DNA from: a virus
IMG/VR virus record: IMGVR_UViG_3300009159_000050
Location: 25,967 to 89,966 of that record
Direction: 5' to 3' (one strand)
Length of the DNA stretch: 64,000 nt
The notes under the pieces were generated by a model, which did no database searches, was not told the origin of the DNA, and was given only the letters and a program-made list of their open reading frames with translations. A program made the position numbers and the translations under genes. Below, piece by piece: positions 55,101-62,805 of this stretch (positions are counted from its first letter, which is position 1; each line of letters opens with the position of its first letter).

Positions 55101-57850
55101 AATACATGACCCATTTGTAAGTCTGCAGCAGACTTTCCAGTCATTCTTTCATATAGCCTTTTTGCTCCTGGACGAATTCTTGTATAAGATCTAAGTCCAG
55201 TTAGTCTGGATTTAAAGGCTCCACGTCTTGATCTATTTGGTGCTGTGCCACCTGCTTCTCTAGAATCAGTTGGGATGGTACCATATACATCTTCATCTAA
55301 ACCAAAAGTTCTTCTTACTACAGCACGCTCTTTTGGTGCCGCTATAGAATCAACCTGCTTTTCTACTGATTTTCCAGCAGCAGCCCAAGATTTACGCATT
55401 CTTTCGTTCTCATCTTTTATATCTGCAAATGTTGTATTATATTCTGTATTTAATCTATCTACAAATTGTGATGTAATTTGTTCATATTCTCTGTATATAC
55501 CATCAAATCTTCCAGATGATATCTGTGATGATGTTGGAGCTATTCCTCTTGCCTCTCCTATTCTTAAAGCAAGAGGAGAAAGAACTGATGGAGTATTAGT
55601 AGTGCCAGCACGTCCTGCCATATTTTCTGCAGCAGGCTGTAGTCTTATGGCATGCTCTGGATAGATAGGAAGTTCAGTAGCACCTAGTTTTGGTTTTCCA
55701 ACGTCATATCCTGGAATCTTATCAGCAATCATTGCATTGATAATGCTGCCATACTTTTGGCTCATCTTAGTTGGTATTACTGTTTCTCCAGGCATTAGGA
55801 GTGCTAGTTCTGAATCTTCATTTCCTATACCGCCAACAGTTGATGGTCTTCCGCCTGCAAACTTTTTAATTGGCCCACGAGTAATTGGTGGACCTACTGG
55901 AACAAATTGTGATTGAGCAGCAATAGCTCTTTGGTATGCCCTTGTTAGCGCATTAACTGCTGATGCCTCAGAGGTGAATGTCTGTGCAAGCTTTGTGTGA
56001 ACCTGATCAAGAGATGCTGCAACGGCTGCTGCATTTCTTTGTTCAGTAGTCATGTACTTAACTTCAGATCCTAATACTGCAGTTGACTGTCCAGTTTTAT
56101 TAAATGCTGATTTTAAGAATGCAAAAAGTTTAACCATATTTGCAAGACCGTTCATGACTAAACCAGCTGTCATCAAGAGTACTGGGCCAAGACCAGCAAT
56201 CACTGCAGTTAGAGTAACTATAATCTTTTTAGTAGTTGAACTTAAGCCATCAAACTTTTCTAATATATTTGTAATAAATTTAGCAATTGGTGTGATTCCT
56301 TTTAAGAATTCTTCTCCAAGTGGAATAAGTGCTAGTTTTAAATTTTCAACAGAACTTCTAAATTTATTCATGGCAGACTCTGAGGTCATGCCTAATTCTT
56401 TTTCTGATAAGGCTGCAAGTTGTTGAACCGATGATCCAGCTAAATCAAGAACACGTGATGCTTGAGTTCCTTCTTTTGTTACGTTTGCAAACAATGTAGA
56501 AAGACGTGCAAACTGGAACTTTCCAAACATTTGCTCAATGGCTTGAGCTCTATTGAGTGGATCTAGTTGGTTAAGTGCTGTAGCAAATTCAACAACAGTT
56601 TTCTTTAGGTCTCCTTTATTATCTACAACTATTTTCTTTACATTTATTCCAAAACTTTCAAGCATAGCATTTGCTTTACCAGTTGGGTTAATCATAGATG
56701 CAAGACCAGACTTAAGTGCGTTAGCTCCTTCTGAGGCGTTAATTCCACCTTCTTTCATTGCTGTCATTAAGAATGCTAAATCTTTTACATCTCCGCCAAG
56801 TTGTTGAATAATTGGAGCTGCTTTTGGAATAGCAGTTGATATGTCATCAAGGGATAATACGGTTTGGTTTTCTACTGCGTTAAGAAAATCAATTGATTCC
56901 GCAAGATTTTCTGAAGACATTGAAAAAGCATTTTGCAAAGAAATTGTTGTTTCAAGTGCTTTTTGACTTTCTACTTGGCCAAGGATGGAAAGTCTTGTTG
57001 CTGCAGTTGTTTGTCTTGTTAGATCAACACCTTTAAAGCCTGCTGCTGCAGCTTCTGCTGCTAAACCAACTGTGGTTGAAACTGCGATACCATACTTAGT
57101 AAATTCTTTTCCAAGTTCTTGAATATCTTTTAATGCTTGTTGTGATTCTCCAGTTGGTGTAAATAAATCTCCGTAAACCTTTTTAAATCTAATTGCCTGT
57201 GTTTCCATATCCATAAAGGTTTTTGCAGCAGCTGAACCAACTGCGATAAGTGGCAAAGTAAAACCAACCATAAGCTGGCGTCCTGCCCATTGGGTATTTT
57301 TACCAAAGTTAAGAAGGTTAGTTGAACCCTGTTTTAAAAGCTGGTTGAATATTGCTTGTTTTTGAGCAGCTATCTGTGTTCTTGTTCCAAGATCAGTCAT
57401 GTCAAGAGATAGAGGTCTGACAGCAATTGCCTTCATTGCTCCGCTAGCGTCACGACCCATACGTATATACTGTGTCTGTAAATCTTTTACATTTTCTCTT
57501 GCTACCTTGTTTATCGTGTCTTGCTCAGTCTTAAATAATCTACCGAAAGTTTTTGATGCACCTCCAGCAAATCTAAAATATTCTCCTAATGAGAATTTAT
57601 TTTTTTCTAGACTACTAGTAAAAGACTCAGTAGTAGTTTTTATTGTTCTTATCTCTGCTGCAAATCTGCCAGTAGCATTTACTGAATTTATTAATGTTTG
57701 TTGAAATTGAGCAGAGACTGCATTAGCTGCAGCGCCACCCTTAGCCATTGAGGAATGAAAGGCTGATATCTGTCTCTGTAAATTTTTGATACTGGCAAGT
57801 GCCTGGGTCGTATCAATATTTACTTGAATATTAGACTGAGTATCAGCCAT
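49136..57850 (-). CDS. Tape measure protein (2904 aa) with internal cargo domains
   Basis: TP901-type TMP core (FLNAVENQT...MKEGGINASEGANALKSGLA), TM segments, three GxGxxDS...GE.V modules, HETMH and a GNAT motif. Confidence 0.92.
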   Translation of the reverse strand: MADTQSNIQVNIDTTQALASIKNLQRQISAFHSSMAKGGAAANAVSAQFQQTLINSVNATGRFAAEIRTIKTTTESFTSSLEKNKFSLGEYFRFAGGASKTFGRLFKTEQDTINKVARENVKDLQTQYIRMGRDASGAMKAIAVRPLSLDMTDLGTRTQIAAQKQAIFNQLLKQGSTNLLNFGKNTQWAGRQLMVGFTLPLIAVGSAAAKTFMDMETQAIRFKKVYGDLFTPTGESQQALKDIQELGKEFTKYGIAVSTTVGLAAEAAAAGFKGVDLTRQTTAATRLSILGQVESQKALETTISLQNAFSMSSENLAESIDFLNAVENQTVLSLDDISTAIPKAAPIIQQLGGDVKDLAFLMTAMKEGGINASEGANALKSGLASMINPTGKANAMLESFGINVKKIVVDNKGDLKKTVVEFATALNQLDPLNRAQAIEQMFGKFQFARLSTLFANVTKEGTQASRVLDLAGSSVQQLAALSEKELGMTSESAMNKFRSSVENLKLALIPLGEEFLKGITPIAKFITNILEKFDGLSSTTKKIIVTLTAVIAGLGPVLLMTAGLVMNGLANMVKLFAFLKSAFNKTGQSTAVLGSEVKYMTTEQRNAAAVAASLDQVHTKLAQTFTSEASAVNALTRAYQRAIAAQSQFVPVGPPITRGPIKKFAGGRPSTVGGIGNEDSELALLMPGETVIPTKMSQKYGSIINAMIADKIPGYDVGKPKLGATELPIYPEHAIRLQPAAENMAGRAGTTNTPSVLSPLALRIGEARGIAPTSSQISSGRFDGIYREYEQITSQFVDRLNTEYNTTFADIKDENERMRKSWAAAGKSVEKQVDSIAAPKERAVVRRTFGLDEDVYGTIPTDSREAGGTAPNRSRRGAFKSRLTGLRSYTRIRPGAKRLYERMTGKSAADLQMGHVFPPRAVDISTLESDPRKSGSVATARAVMERGKKDGEAYDRGVKKGTRDIYEASRDRKSPHRLAAQDGRDDARAYAAARDKELRKQSGRARRVATRAQGPAPIGATPQPGMTVLPIVPPDPKDPPQVKPKGIQRLASKGGGMGILGANMALSMLPDFAGKGMAQGALAGASLGMMFGKWGPLAGASIGLVTTALTALIKKQNEHAASVRATFTPSTEIISLLGDTALNTEIKITNLVLASNNLKDSLGMLSPEVQAVVDAISKLPEDNPLAIFIKNISDSELSLRSLTGSIRSQVTTAISVGGLDPKNAEKYVQGLLAAANRTKDFAEVWKSVSKDVVDAQTATTVSLDKVAEANRKAGDSFFAGTQYTGAIAKSYGDLTNIQKILADQMLDLFSVTSNGSLSFDQIIERVNGLKSSSVTAEVGVVALSAAINASKNPDAIARLAEIKTIFKESGDEAAMTADKIIMMNLALQLTTADAIKNWARSQGMRKVSPLEMIQAYLKSSNFTDSYKQYKEFLNPEVTDYTDPTDGVDGLSKSSEAYLKVLDAEIKGLEAKRDAQKSVNDESQRHIDLQMKMKGLANEVVLAKISGDYIKAASLEQQAQNLQMEFDQDTEIRIKDAEIARLKARAEEIRGGASLARSEVNRIPKKEKAKDVIKQASGGMIRGAGTGTSDSIPALLSNGEYVVKAKSVKKYGVGALDALNAGRFAEGGLIKNKKDAGSLPGKFLGDRLKIKNRYYKDNMGGNTYIPNSLVVPNMRDIYEIMNLAEGGPVKPGSSQQLPLFPWRPDLPNYLNGKPTGNSRTGRWGELRYNPSKGKDLWGGTEIPGLNFAGKTKDISDYWHQMQEQPNKLFGSGMGIDKDPMRYPGSGASMGGMGMGAYGLGPLMLAGGGLAGNILGGIGKLISKLFVGKQAGKAIKPNQVEKFLSDTLGDVPLPKIKKEELPAGVGGQYIPRFGDKSSNYENLLPHILFNSKYKVQGNTAIHETMHHFDMDVLHDSFRKTIAKLRKDGKKDLADEYESLFVTAENKQKGMGLAAWEDRAITLQDYDSITYFGGAAEAFADESTFKAYTKFMSSKKIKDKKLALQIGNPYGPSYGGLRGYFSSYAQFENNALNMPMRLNPSFLRGLVENSPNMPQATKDVYLGWAEGLQRFKPPARTNPDEIKNSLQWQNFKKYITDSGLDKAKGFHEGGLAGHRHGSSVAGTKFAPGSAAYYSSQGNQNNMDWLAKKETPKNIFKSWQSLPKSMQPDEKPFQGFKDIFNPMAYGIGKDLRGQDIHGVVDLPYDAYKNFIFPGITWVDRLAQMGAVNQGMKMLRFAGLDLPGTPYLTSTNRNQEEEWIKRSQEEGFGSVAPEMALQQTLDIAGILPWGRIGTRIGNIGISKEVIAKIASEKAAEKTALAAYKSEAGVGLTGMLQSIKSKFDPNAALKKKVAVSRKKFEDIKSSGRLLFPEGDAARLDLAHWEALLAAKLNNFIPLMDLPRATSKQLIAENKALPAVIEEPFTMGDKSFIYRFTKHTLNQADAPVIDDFLSTIKDPGSGLGRESLSPWRHPRHQVEVIDPLTGKTAASITYDPITGAIGYRYTDKAYQNQGLSTFLYNKAAAITRIRHSHTLSDTGGKASAPKIGGFMSYDKIYDLPGMASLVDNPTLPGLSSLKTTVQKLIQKPKIPKITKKPKKPKKSDDPRASGMVSSASPLEEWFAAERNSTIGWQRDDLLRRQEYQDANFRPEVVAWFKNPFRTSKNFPYGNDGYVDPSALSELQRIKDLETEAAAFASRQTGVMPRNQTQDELTAWRNSPNRTYNTYPYFLRGLSYVSPDDLFDLQRLTLTPDYPAGFPWAMSESASLFVSPFNRSFPGSAGDAITGATGGFIDKGKLRIPKFANGGLIRGPGTGISDSITASLGYAGGGSIRVSNGEYVVKASSVRDYGVKTMDAINNGTATVGANSGGTVYNINMPVTSNSANPEIVANEVMRKLKLEVSKNNKTNKVNL

Positions 57851-57874
57851 TCACTATACCTCTTTATTTAGTTA

Positions 57875-58198
57875 TTATTCATTACCGTTGAACATTGCTG
57901 CTGCATCAGAAATCTTAATTCCTGAAGCTACTTCAACAATCTCATAAACGGTAGGCAAATCAATGTTCTCTTCAAGTACTGAAATGTCTGTAGATAGCTC
58001 TGGCTTATACTGCTCCATTGCAATTAGAACACATTCCATTAGTAAGTCAATAGACTTCTCGTTGTCGTCTACTACTGCTGCAATACCCTCAAACTTTTTC
58101 ATAAACTTTCGTAAAAGTGAAATCTTAAGCGGTCTTAAGGTTATTTCTGTACCATCAATTAGCTTGATCTTTTGCGCTTCATGCACAGTTGTTGCCAT
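57875..58198 (-). CDS. Tail assembly chaperone, short G-like form
   Basis: Just before TMP; paralog of the N-half of 58226-58942; GGGAGG SD before MATTV (ORF track starts at 58213). Confidence 0.75.
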   Translation of the reverse strand: MATTVHEAQKIKLIDGTEITLRPLKISLLRKFMKKFEGIAAVVDDNEKSIDLLMECVLIAMEQYKPELSTDISVLEENIDLPTVYEIVEVASGIKISDAAAMFNGNE

Positions 58199-58224
58199 GT
58201 TGATCCCTCCCATAGGTTAAGATA

Positions 58225-58233
58225 ATTATACCA
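58225..58233 (-). promoter_or_regulatory. Extended -10 promoter for the short chaperone and TMP
   Basis: TGGTATAAT overlaps the upstream stop codon. Confidence 0.6.
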
Positions 58234-58942
58234 TAAGGGATGGGTCTCTTGCGTCTTCATATTCAAGACCAAACCCAATACCAAAACCAGCCTTCTTAGC
58301 ATTCTGCCCCTGCAATGATAATATGTCATTGCTATCACTTGTTGCTCCACCACTAAATACTCTAGCCTTCATATCTTCCCATTCTTTTTGACCACGATCT
58401 GAACCTGATGCTTCATCTAGATCAACTCCTTGAATAGCTGCAAAAAATTTCTTTTCTTGATAATCTAGCTCTCTCTTGCTTGATATAATTGCCATAATCT
58501 CTGACAAGGATAGTGATGCTTCTAGCTCTTTATAATCTTTCCATATACCAAGCAAAAATACTTCAGACTCTAATTTTGCTAAATCAAACTCTTCCCAGGA
58601 TGGTCCTGGGTCTCCCTTTTGGACCTGTGTCTTAATGTCTTCTTCTGATTCCTCGCCAACTTTAATATTTCCAGCAACATCTAGTATTTCATGTACGGTT
58701 GGTAGGTCTATATTGTCTTCTAAGTCCTGAATGCTTTTTGATATTTGAGGATAGTACTGCTTCATTGCTATTCTAGTGCATTCTACTAAAACCTGCATTG
58801 CTTCATCATCGTTTTTGGTTTGTTTAATGTTGTTAAAAGCATCCATGAATTCTCTTAAATACTTAATTTTAAGAGGCATTATTTCTACTTCTGTGCCGTC
58901 AAATAAATAAATATTTTTTGTTTTATATATTTCTGTAGCCAT
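58226..58942 (-). CDS. Tail assembly chaperone, long GT-like form in a single frame
   Basis: After the tail tube gene; G-like N-half plus a C-terminal extension (LESEVFLLGIW...LEASLSL.E). Confidence 0.7.
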   Translation of the reverse strand: MATEIYKTKNIYLFDGTEVEIMPLKIKYLREFMDAFNNIKQTKNDDEAMQVLVECTRIAMKQYYPQISKSIQDLEDNIDLPTVHEILDVAGNIKVGEESEEDIKTQVQKGDPGPSWEEFDLAKLESEVFLLGIWKDYKELEASLSLSEIMAIISSKRELDYQEKKFFAAIQGVDLDEASGSDRGQKEWEDMKARVFSGGATSDSNDILSLQGQNAKKAGFGIGFGLEYEDARDPSLMV

Positions 58943-58961
58943 GGTGTATTAAGTTTACCAT

Positions 58962-58994
58962 AAAACAACAAAGCCTGCCTCCGAAGAGACAGGC
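58962..58994 (-). terminator. Intrinsic terminator after the tail tube gene
   Basis: GCCTGTCTC-TTCG-GAGGCAGGC followed by TTTGTTGTTTT. Confidence 0.85.
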
Positions 58995-59017
58995 CCAGTC
59001 GCTACTTTATTATTAAA

Positions 59018-59656
59018 TTATGAAGCTGGTGTCCAAGTACGATCAACGATCTTACCATATGAACCAGATGTGTCCTCTGGAAGTAGACGGAAAGAAACTT
59101 CAAACATTGAAGCCTCGTCACGCTTTGCAGATACTGTTACATTCTCAATTGAGAGTGCACGGTAGGCTGAGTATACTCGCTCTACGTATGCAGAGTCTTC
59201 ACAGTCGCCTGTTCCTGGACCTACTGCAACAATACCACGCTCAACTGGACATTCGCCAATATCTCCTGCAGAAAGGTCAAGTGCTCTTCCTGCGCTTGAA
59301 GCCTTATTACCAGTTAGCTTTGCATCTGAATATGCAAGAGCCAAAAGGAGATTTTCCAATGTAGCTTCAGCAAATGCTGTTGCAAGATTTACTTGCATTC
59401 CTTGCTTGTAAAGTTTTGCAACGTCAAGAATTTGGTCTACCTGTACTTCGCCGAAGTCAGGTTGGAACTGCAATTCAAGACCGTTCATTGTGTAACCAAT
59501 GTTTGTGTAGTCTGCATCATTTGTGAGTGTGTCTCTAAAGCTTTTTGCTGCTTCTGGAGCAGTTAATGTTGCTGAAGTTAGTGTTGTGTCACAAACGAAT
59601 AGTGCTGCTGCACCAACAATAATGTTACTTGATGTACCACGACTATAATTAGCCAT
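59018..59656 (-). CDS. Major tail tube protein
   Basis: NIIVGAA.LF...IGYT.NGLEL...V.VDQ...AEATLENL; own promoter (TGTTATAAT, 59720-59728) and terminator. Confidence 0.85.
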   Translation of the reverse strand: MANYSRGTSSNIIVGAAALFVCDTTLTSATLTAPEAAKSFRDTLTNDADYTNIGYTMNGLELQFQPDFGEVQVDQILDVAKLYKQGMQVNLATAFAEATLENLLLALAYSDAKLTGNKASSAGRALDLSAGDIGECPVERGIVAVGPGTGDCEDSAYVERVYSAYRALSIENVTVSAKRDEASMFEVSFRLLPEDTSGSYGKIVDRTWTPAS

Positions 59657-59733
59657 TTGTTTTACCTCTTTCTGTTAGAATAGATATTTAGTTGTACGGC
59701 GTTATGTTTCCTCAGCTTAATTATAACAGCCTT

Positions 59734-60360
59734 TTATATGACTATTCTTTTAGTCTTTCCGTTGATTGTTGTTATGCTATATCCTTGGCCAGACGTAGGA
59801 AGGGATTCACGAGTCCAGTCATTTGAGTTCAGCTCTGGCATCTGGTGGTACTCAAAGTCAATAATCATCTTATTTCCCCCATAGGTACGAGCAGTTCCAA
59901 AGTCTATAATATCTCTTGTTTCTTCCAGCTGGTATACCTTGAAGTTATGGAAATAAAACATATTTTCTATTAAATCTGGTACACCTTCAGTTCCTACATT
60001 TATAACTCTATTTGAGCACCAGTTATTTATTTCTTCCGCTGTCTCATCTAGACGATCCATAAGTCTAAAGACAGACTCTTGAATTTGAACCATATTTACG
60101 ATTGTATTTTCTGCAGTTGCATAAAAATAATATAGTATTTGTTCAGCTTTTATATGTGGCATAGACTTACGATTCATCTTAATCAGTCTATCCCAGGTAC
60201 CCATTACCCCACCTGCTGGAAATGATCCAGTTAGGTCATCTAGTATAGATGGCGTTGATGGAAATAGTGGTACTTCAATATTAGTTAGCAATGGTATATT
60301 TGCTTCAAGATATTTATTAATCCAAAGCACTGGAGTATTTAAGAGTGAATCATTTGCCAT
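59734..60360 (-). CDS. Tail terminator-like protein
   Basis: Positional inference: immediately upstream of the tail tube gene. Confidence 0.5.
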   Translation of the reverse strand: MANDSLLNTPVLWINKYLEANIPLLTNIEVPLFPSTPSILDDLTGSFPAGGVMGTWDRLIKMNRKSMPHIKAEQILYYFYATAENTIVNMVQIQESVFRLMDRLDETAEEINNWCSNRVINVGTEGVPDLIENMFYFHNFKVYQLEETRDIIDFGTARTYGGNKMIIDFEYHQMPELNSNDWTRESLPTSGQGYSITTINGKTKRIVI

Positions 60361-61031
60361 TATTTAATCCCCGCATTTGCTATCCACCTATAACCAACCT
60401 GTAGACCCTTTGATCTTCCCATTGTTTTTCCTGCTGCTAAATTTTGCTTGTAAACCTTTGGATTATTTAAATGTTCATAAAGACCGCTTGTTTTTAAAAA
60501 TGCTTGCGTAAAGTATCTACCAAAAAATGTGTTTACAACTTTTTCAAAAGATCCAGTTGTTTCTGTTCCACCAGGTGATTGTACTACAACCTCGCCTTTA
60601 GTAAAGATTGTTTCTCCCCCATCTTCAAAAACCAACACGTTTGATCTTGTTGGTCTAATGTTTACTGGAGTTCCTTCTTCCATAATTTTAGCCTTGTTAT
60701 AAAAAGGTACCGATGAGCCATCCTTAATTGATGTTGATTGCTTCATGTTGGACACAAACGAAAGGCCAAGGTTGCTTATTGTATAGTTTATTTCATATAG
60801 ACGTGCATCAGGACTTCCCACTTTAGACCATTCATAAATATGGTGTAGTGCTTTTGGATTTACCCTGGCATTTGAGTCAATATATTGTTCTAATAATTCT
60901 TTAGTCATTATTCCAACATTGTTTAAAAACTTTGTTTTTCCTGCTTTTACACCATCCAAAAATCCAACTGAGTAGTCTATAATATTTTTCATTTCTTTCT
61001 TAAATATAGCATCATTCATTATAACTTTCAT
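60360..61031 (-). CDS. Neck or tail-completion protein
   Basis: Position in the head-tail module; KAKIMEEG...I.P.....L.F. Confidence 0.5.
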   Translation of the reverse strand: MKVIMNDAIFKKEMKNIIDYSVGFLDGVKAGKTKFLNNVGIMTKELLEQYIDSNARVNPKALHHIYEWSKVGSPDARLYEINYTISNLGLSFVSNMKQSTSIKDGSSVPFYNKAKIMEEGTPVNIRPTRSNVLVFEDGGETIFTKGEVVVQSPGGTETTGSFEKVVNTFFGRYFTQAFLKTSGLYEHLNNPKVYKQNLAAGKTMGRSKGLQVGYRWIANAGIK

Positions 61032-61477
61032 TATAGGTCACTTGCCTGATTCTCTGATCTTCTTAGAACAATCTTGTAGTATTCAACATTGCCAAATGGA
61101 CCAACTACAGGCTCGTTTGAAGCTATTTCATAAAGCGTAGATTTTCCATCTCGTGATCCAGAAGTTTCCATGTATATGTTGTTTTGCTGGTTTGTTCTAA
61201 TATTTGTAACTAAAATATTTGTAATTGAATTTCTTGCATTGCTAGAAGATATTCTGGCATCAGTCTTTGTTCTTCCAAGTAAAATGCTTTCCTTGCTTAT
61301 ATTGACATTTGGTGTTACTTCTTCTGAAGCTGCTTGCCCAGCAGCTGAAAAATTACAGGTTATAGATCTATCAAGAACCCATTGCTTTTTTAAATTACCG
61401 TAAGCGCCTTGCTCAACAACAGGATAGTATATGTCTGCAAGCATTGGGTAGATAAAGTCTGTTGTTTCGCATTGCAT
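61031..61477 (-). CDS. Head-closure (stopper)-like protein
   Basis: Position; QGAYGNLKKQW-type N-terminal hairpin. Confidence 0.55.
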   Translation of the reverse strand: MQCETTDFIYPMLADIYYPVVEQGAYGNLKKQWVLDRSITCNFSAAGQAASEEVTPNVNISKESILLGRTKTDARISSSNARNSITNILVTNIRTNQQNNIYMETSGSRDGKSTLYEIASNEPVVGPFGNVEYYKIVLRRSENQASDL

Positions 61478-62382
61478 TAAATTATACCTATTTTAGTTAT
61501 ATTCTTCTTATATTTTTCAAGAATCTTATCAACTATCATATTGCCAGTACCGTCAAACATCATCTTGTCAAACTGAATTCTAAACTGATCAGTATTATAT
61601 GATGTAACATATCGTTTGTAATAATCTAATTTTCCACACTTTAAGTCTTCAATCAAAAGATTTGTTGCATACGCAATATCAGCTGGGACAGTCCTATACC
61701 CTATCTCAAGAACCATAGTATAGTCATATCCAACTGGGAAGGCTACTCCAGCATATCCATAAAAAGCTAGATTGCCAGAGGAGACTGGAAGCGTTATTGG
61801 CTTGCCCTCTGCACGATTGTATCTGTCTGTTTCAACTCTTTGAATAGCTGATTTATCAAGGGTAACTATATAATCATAATCTCCAACAGTTGCATCGTTA
61901 ACGTCGTATACAAGTTCATTATTTTCGTAAACCTTTAATACCTTGTTTAAATTTTCCCAGACTGGGAAATAGTCTGACCCTAAGCCAGAGGTTTGAATAA
62001 TATGCTTTTCGTTATAAAAACCATCAACTATGTGGGAATCAATAATTGATCTTGAAACAAGCTCAAGCATTTTGTACTCTGCAATTTCTGATGCTGCTGT
62101 TGCAAGTGTAGATGGGTCTACATATGGTCTAATTATGTCCAAGTTGCTATCTAGAACGAGAACCCCCGCCGTGGTCTTAACTTTAAATGAAAATTTTCTA
62201 TCATACTCCAATTTGCTTTGCGGTATTGTATAAGTTATTTTTTTACTTGCATTTGATGTCACTGTTACTGTATCTACAGAATTATCAATTAAGTCTTCAA
62301 TATAAATAACGTAGCTTGTGGTTGCTGATGGTACATCCCATGTGGTTACAATTGGGTATGGTGGTATTCTTAATATTTCCAT
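61477..62382 (-). CDS. Head-tail adaptor protein
   Basis: Position; IIDSH...GYRTVPADIAYA...TGNMIVDKILEKY. Confidence 0.65.
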   Translation of the reverse strand: MEILRIPPYPIVTTWDVPSATTSYVIYIEDLIDNSVDTVTVTSNASKKITYTIPQSKLEYDRKFSFKVKTTAGVLVLDSNLDIIRPYVDPSTLATAASEIAEYKMLELVSRSIIDSHIVDGFYNEKHIIQTSGLGSDYFPVWENLNKVLKVYENNELVYDVNDATVGDYDYIVTLDKSAIQRVETDRYNRAEGKPITLPVSSGNLAFYGYAGVAFPVGYDYTMVLEIGYRTVPADIAYATNLLIEDLKCGKLDYYKRYVTSYNTDQFRIQFDKMMFDGTGNMIVDKILEKYKKNITKIGII

Positions 62383-62720
62383 TATTTACCGTATGCTCTC
62401 TTCACTTCTTCTGGTGTAGCTGAACGAACAGACTTGTTGGTTATCCATTTTTCAGCCTCCTCTGTAGTGACTATATTGTATCCCTTTACAAGGGCTCCTA
62501 CACCATTCCAGTGAAGATTGCGTAGTGAGTATACGGCAGTCTTTTCTTGTGGTGCTTTTGTATTAACTGTTACTTCTTTGGTTTCTCTTGGCACAAAGCT
62601 AAAAATTACTTCTAATATTTCTCTTTTTGTACTTACCCCAAACAGGTCAATATTGTTTTTCTTTGCATATGATCTTAGTTCAAACACAGTCTTATTGTTT
62701 AATTCATCTATTAATGACAT
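62382..62720 (-). CDS. Small protein with a Rho-N/HeH-like helix-extension-helix
   Basis: LNNKTVFELRSYAKKNNIDL...KREIL; GGAGG SD before MSLI (ORF track starts at 62732). Confidence 0.55.
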   Translation of the reverse strand: MSLIDELNNKTVFELRSYAKKNNIDLFGVSTKREILEVIFSFVPRETKEVTVNTKAPQEKTAVYSLRNLHWNGVGALVKGYNIVTTEEAEKWITNKSVRSATPEEVKRAYGK

Positions 62721-62754
62721 CGTGACCTCCACTGCTATTATATCAGAATATGAC

Positions 62755-62786
62755 TAAGAGGGACAGATTTTACTCTGCCCCCCTTA
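62755..62786 (-). terminator. Hairpin or terminator after the capsid gene
   Basis: AAGGGGGGCAGA-gtaaaa-TCTGTCCCTCTT; weak U-tract. Confidence 0.55.
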
Positions 62787-62805
62787 ATCTATTGCTAAGT
62801 ATTAA

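Noticed and set aside
49949-57704. + strand ORFs inside the TMP gene
   Set aside because: Antisense shadows with no SD or motifs; the - strand frame is continuous
57850-58942. Programmed -1 frameshift in the tail chaperone locus
   Set aside because: No slippery heptamer with a usable overlapping frame seen at the end of the short gene; the long form is already a single ORF
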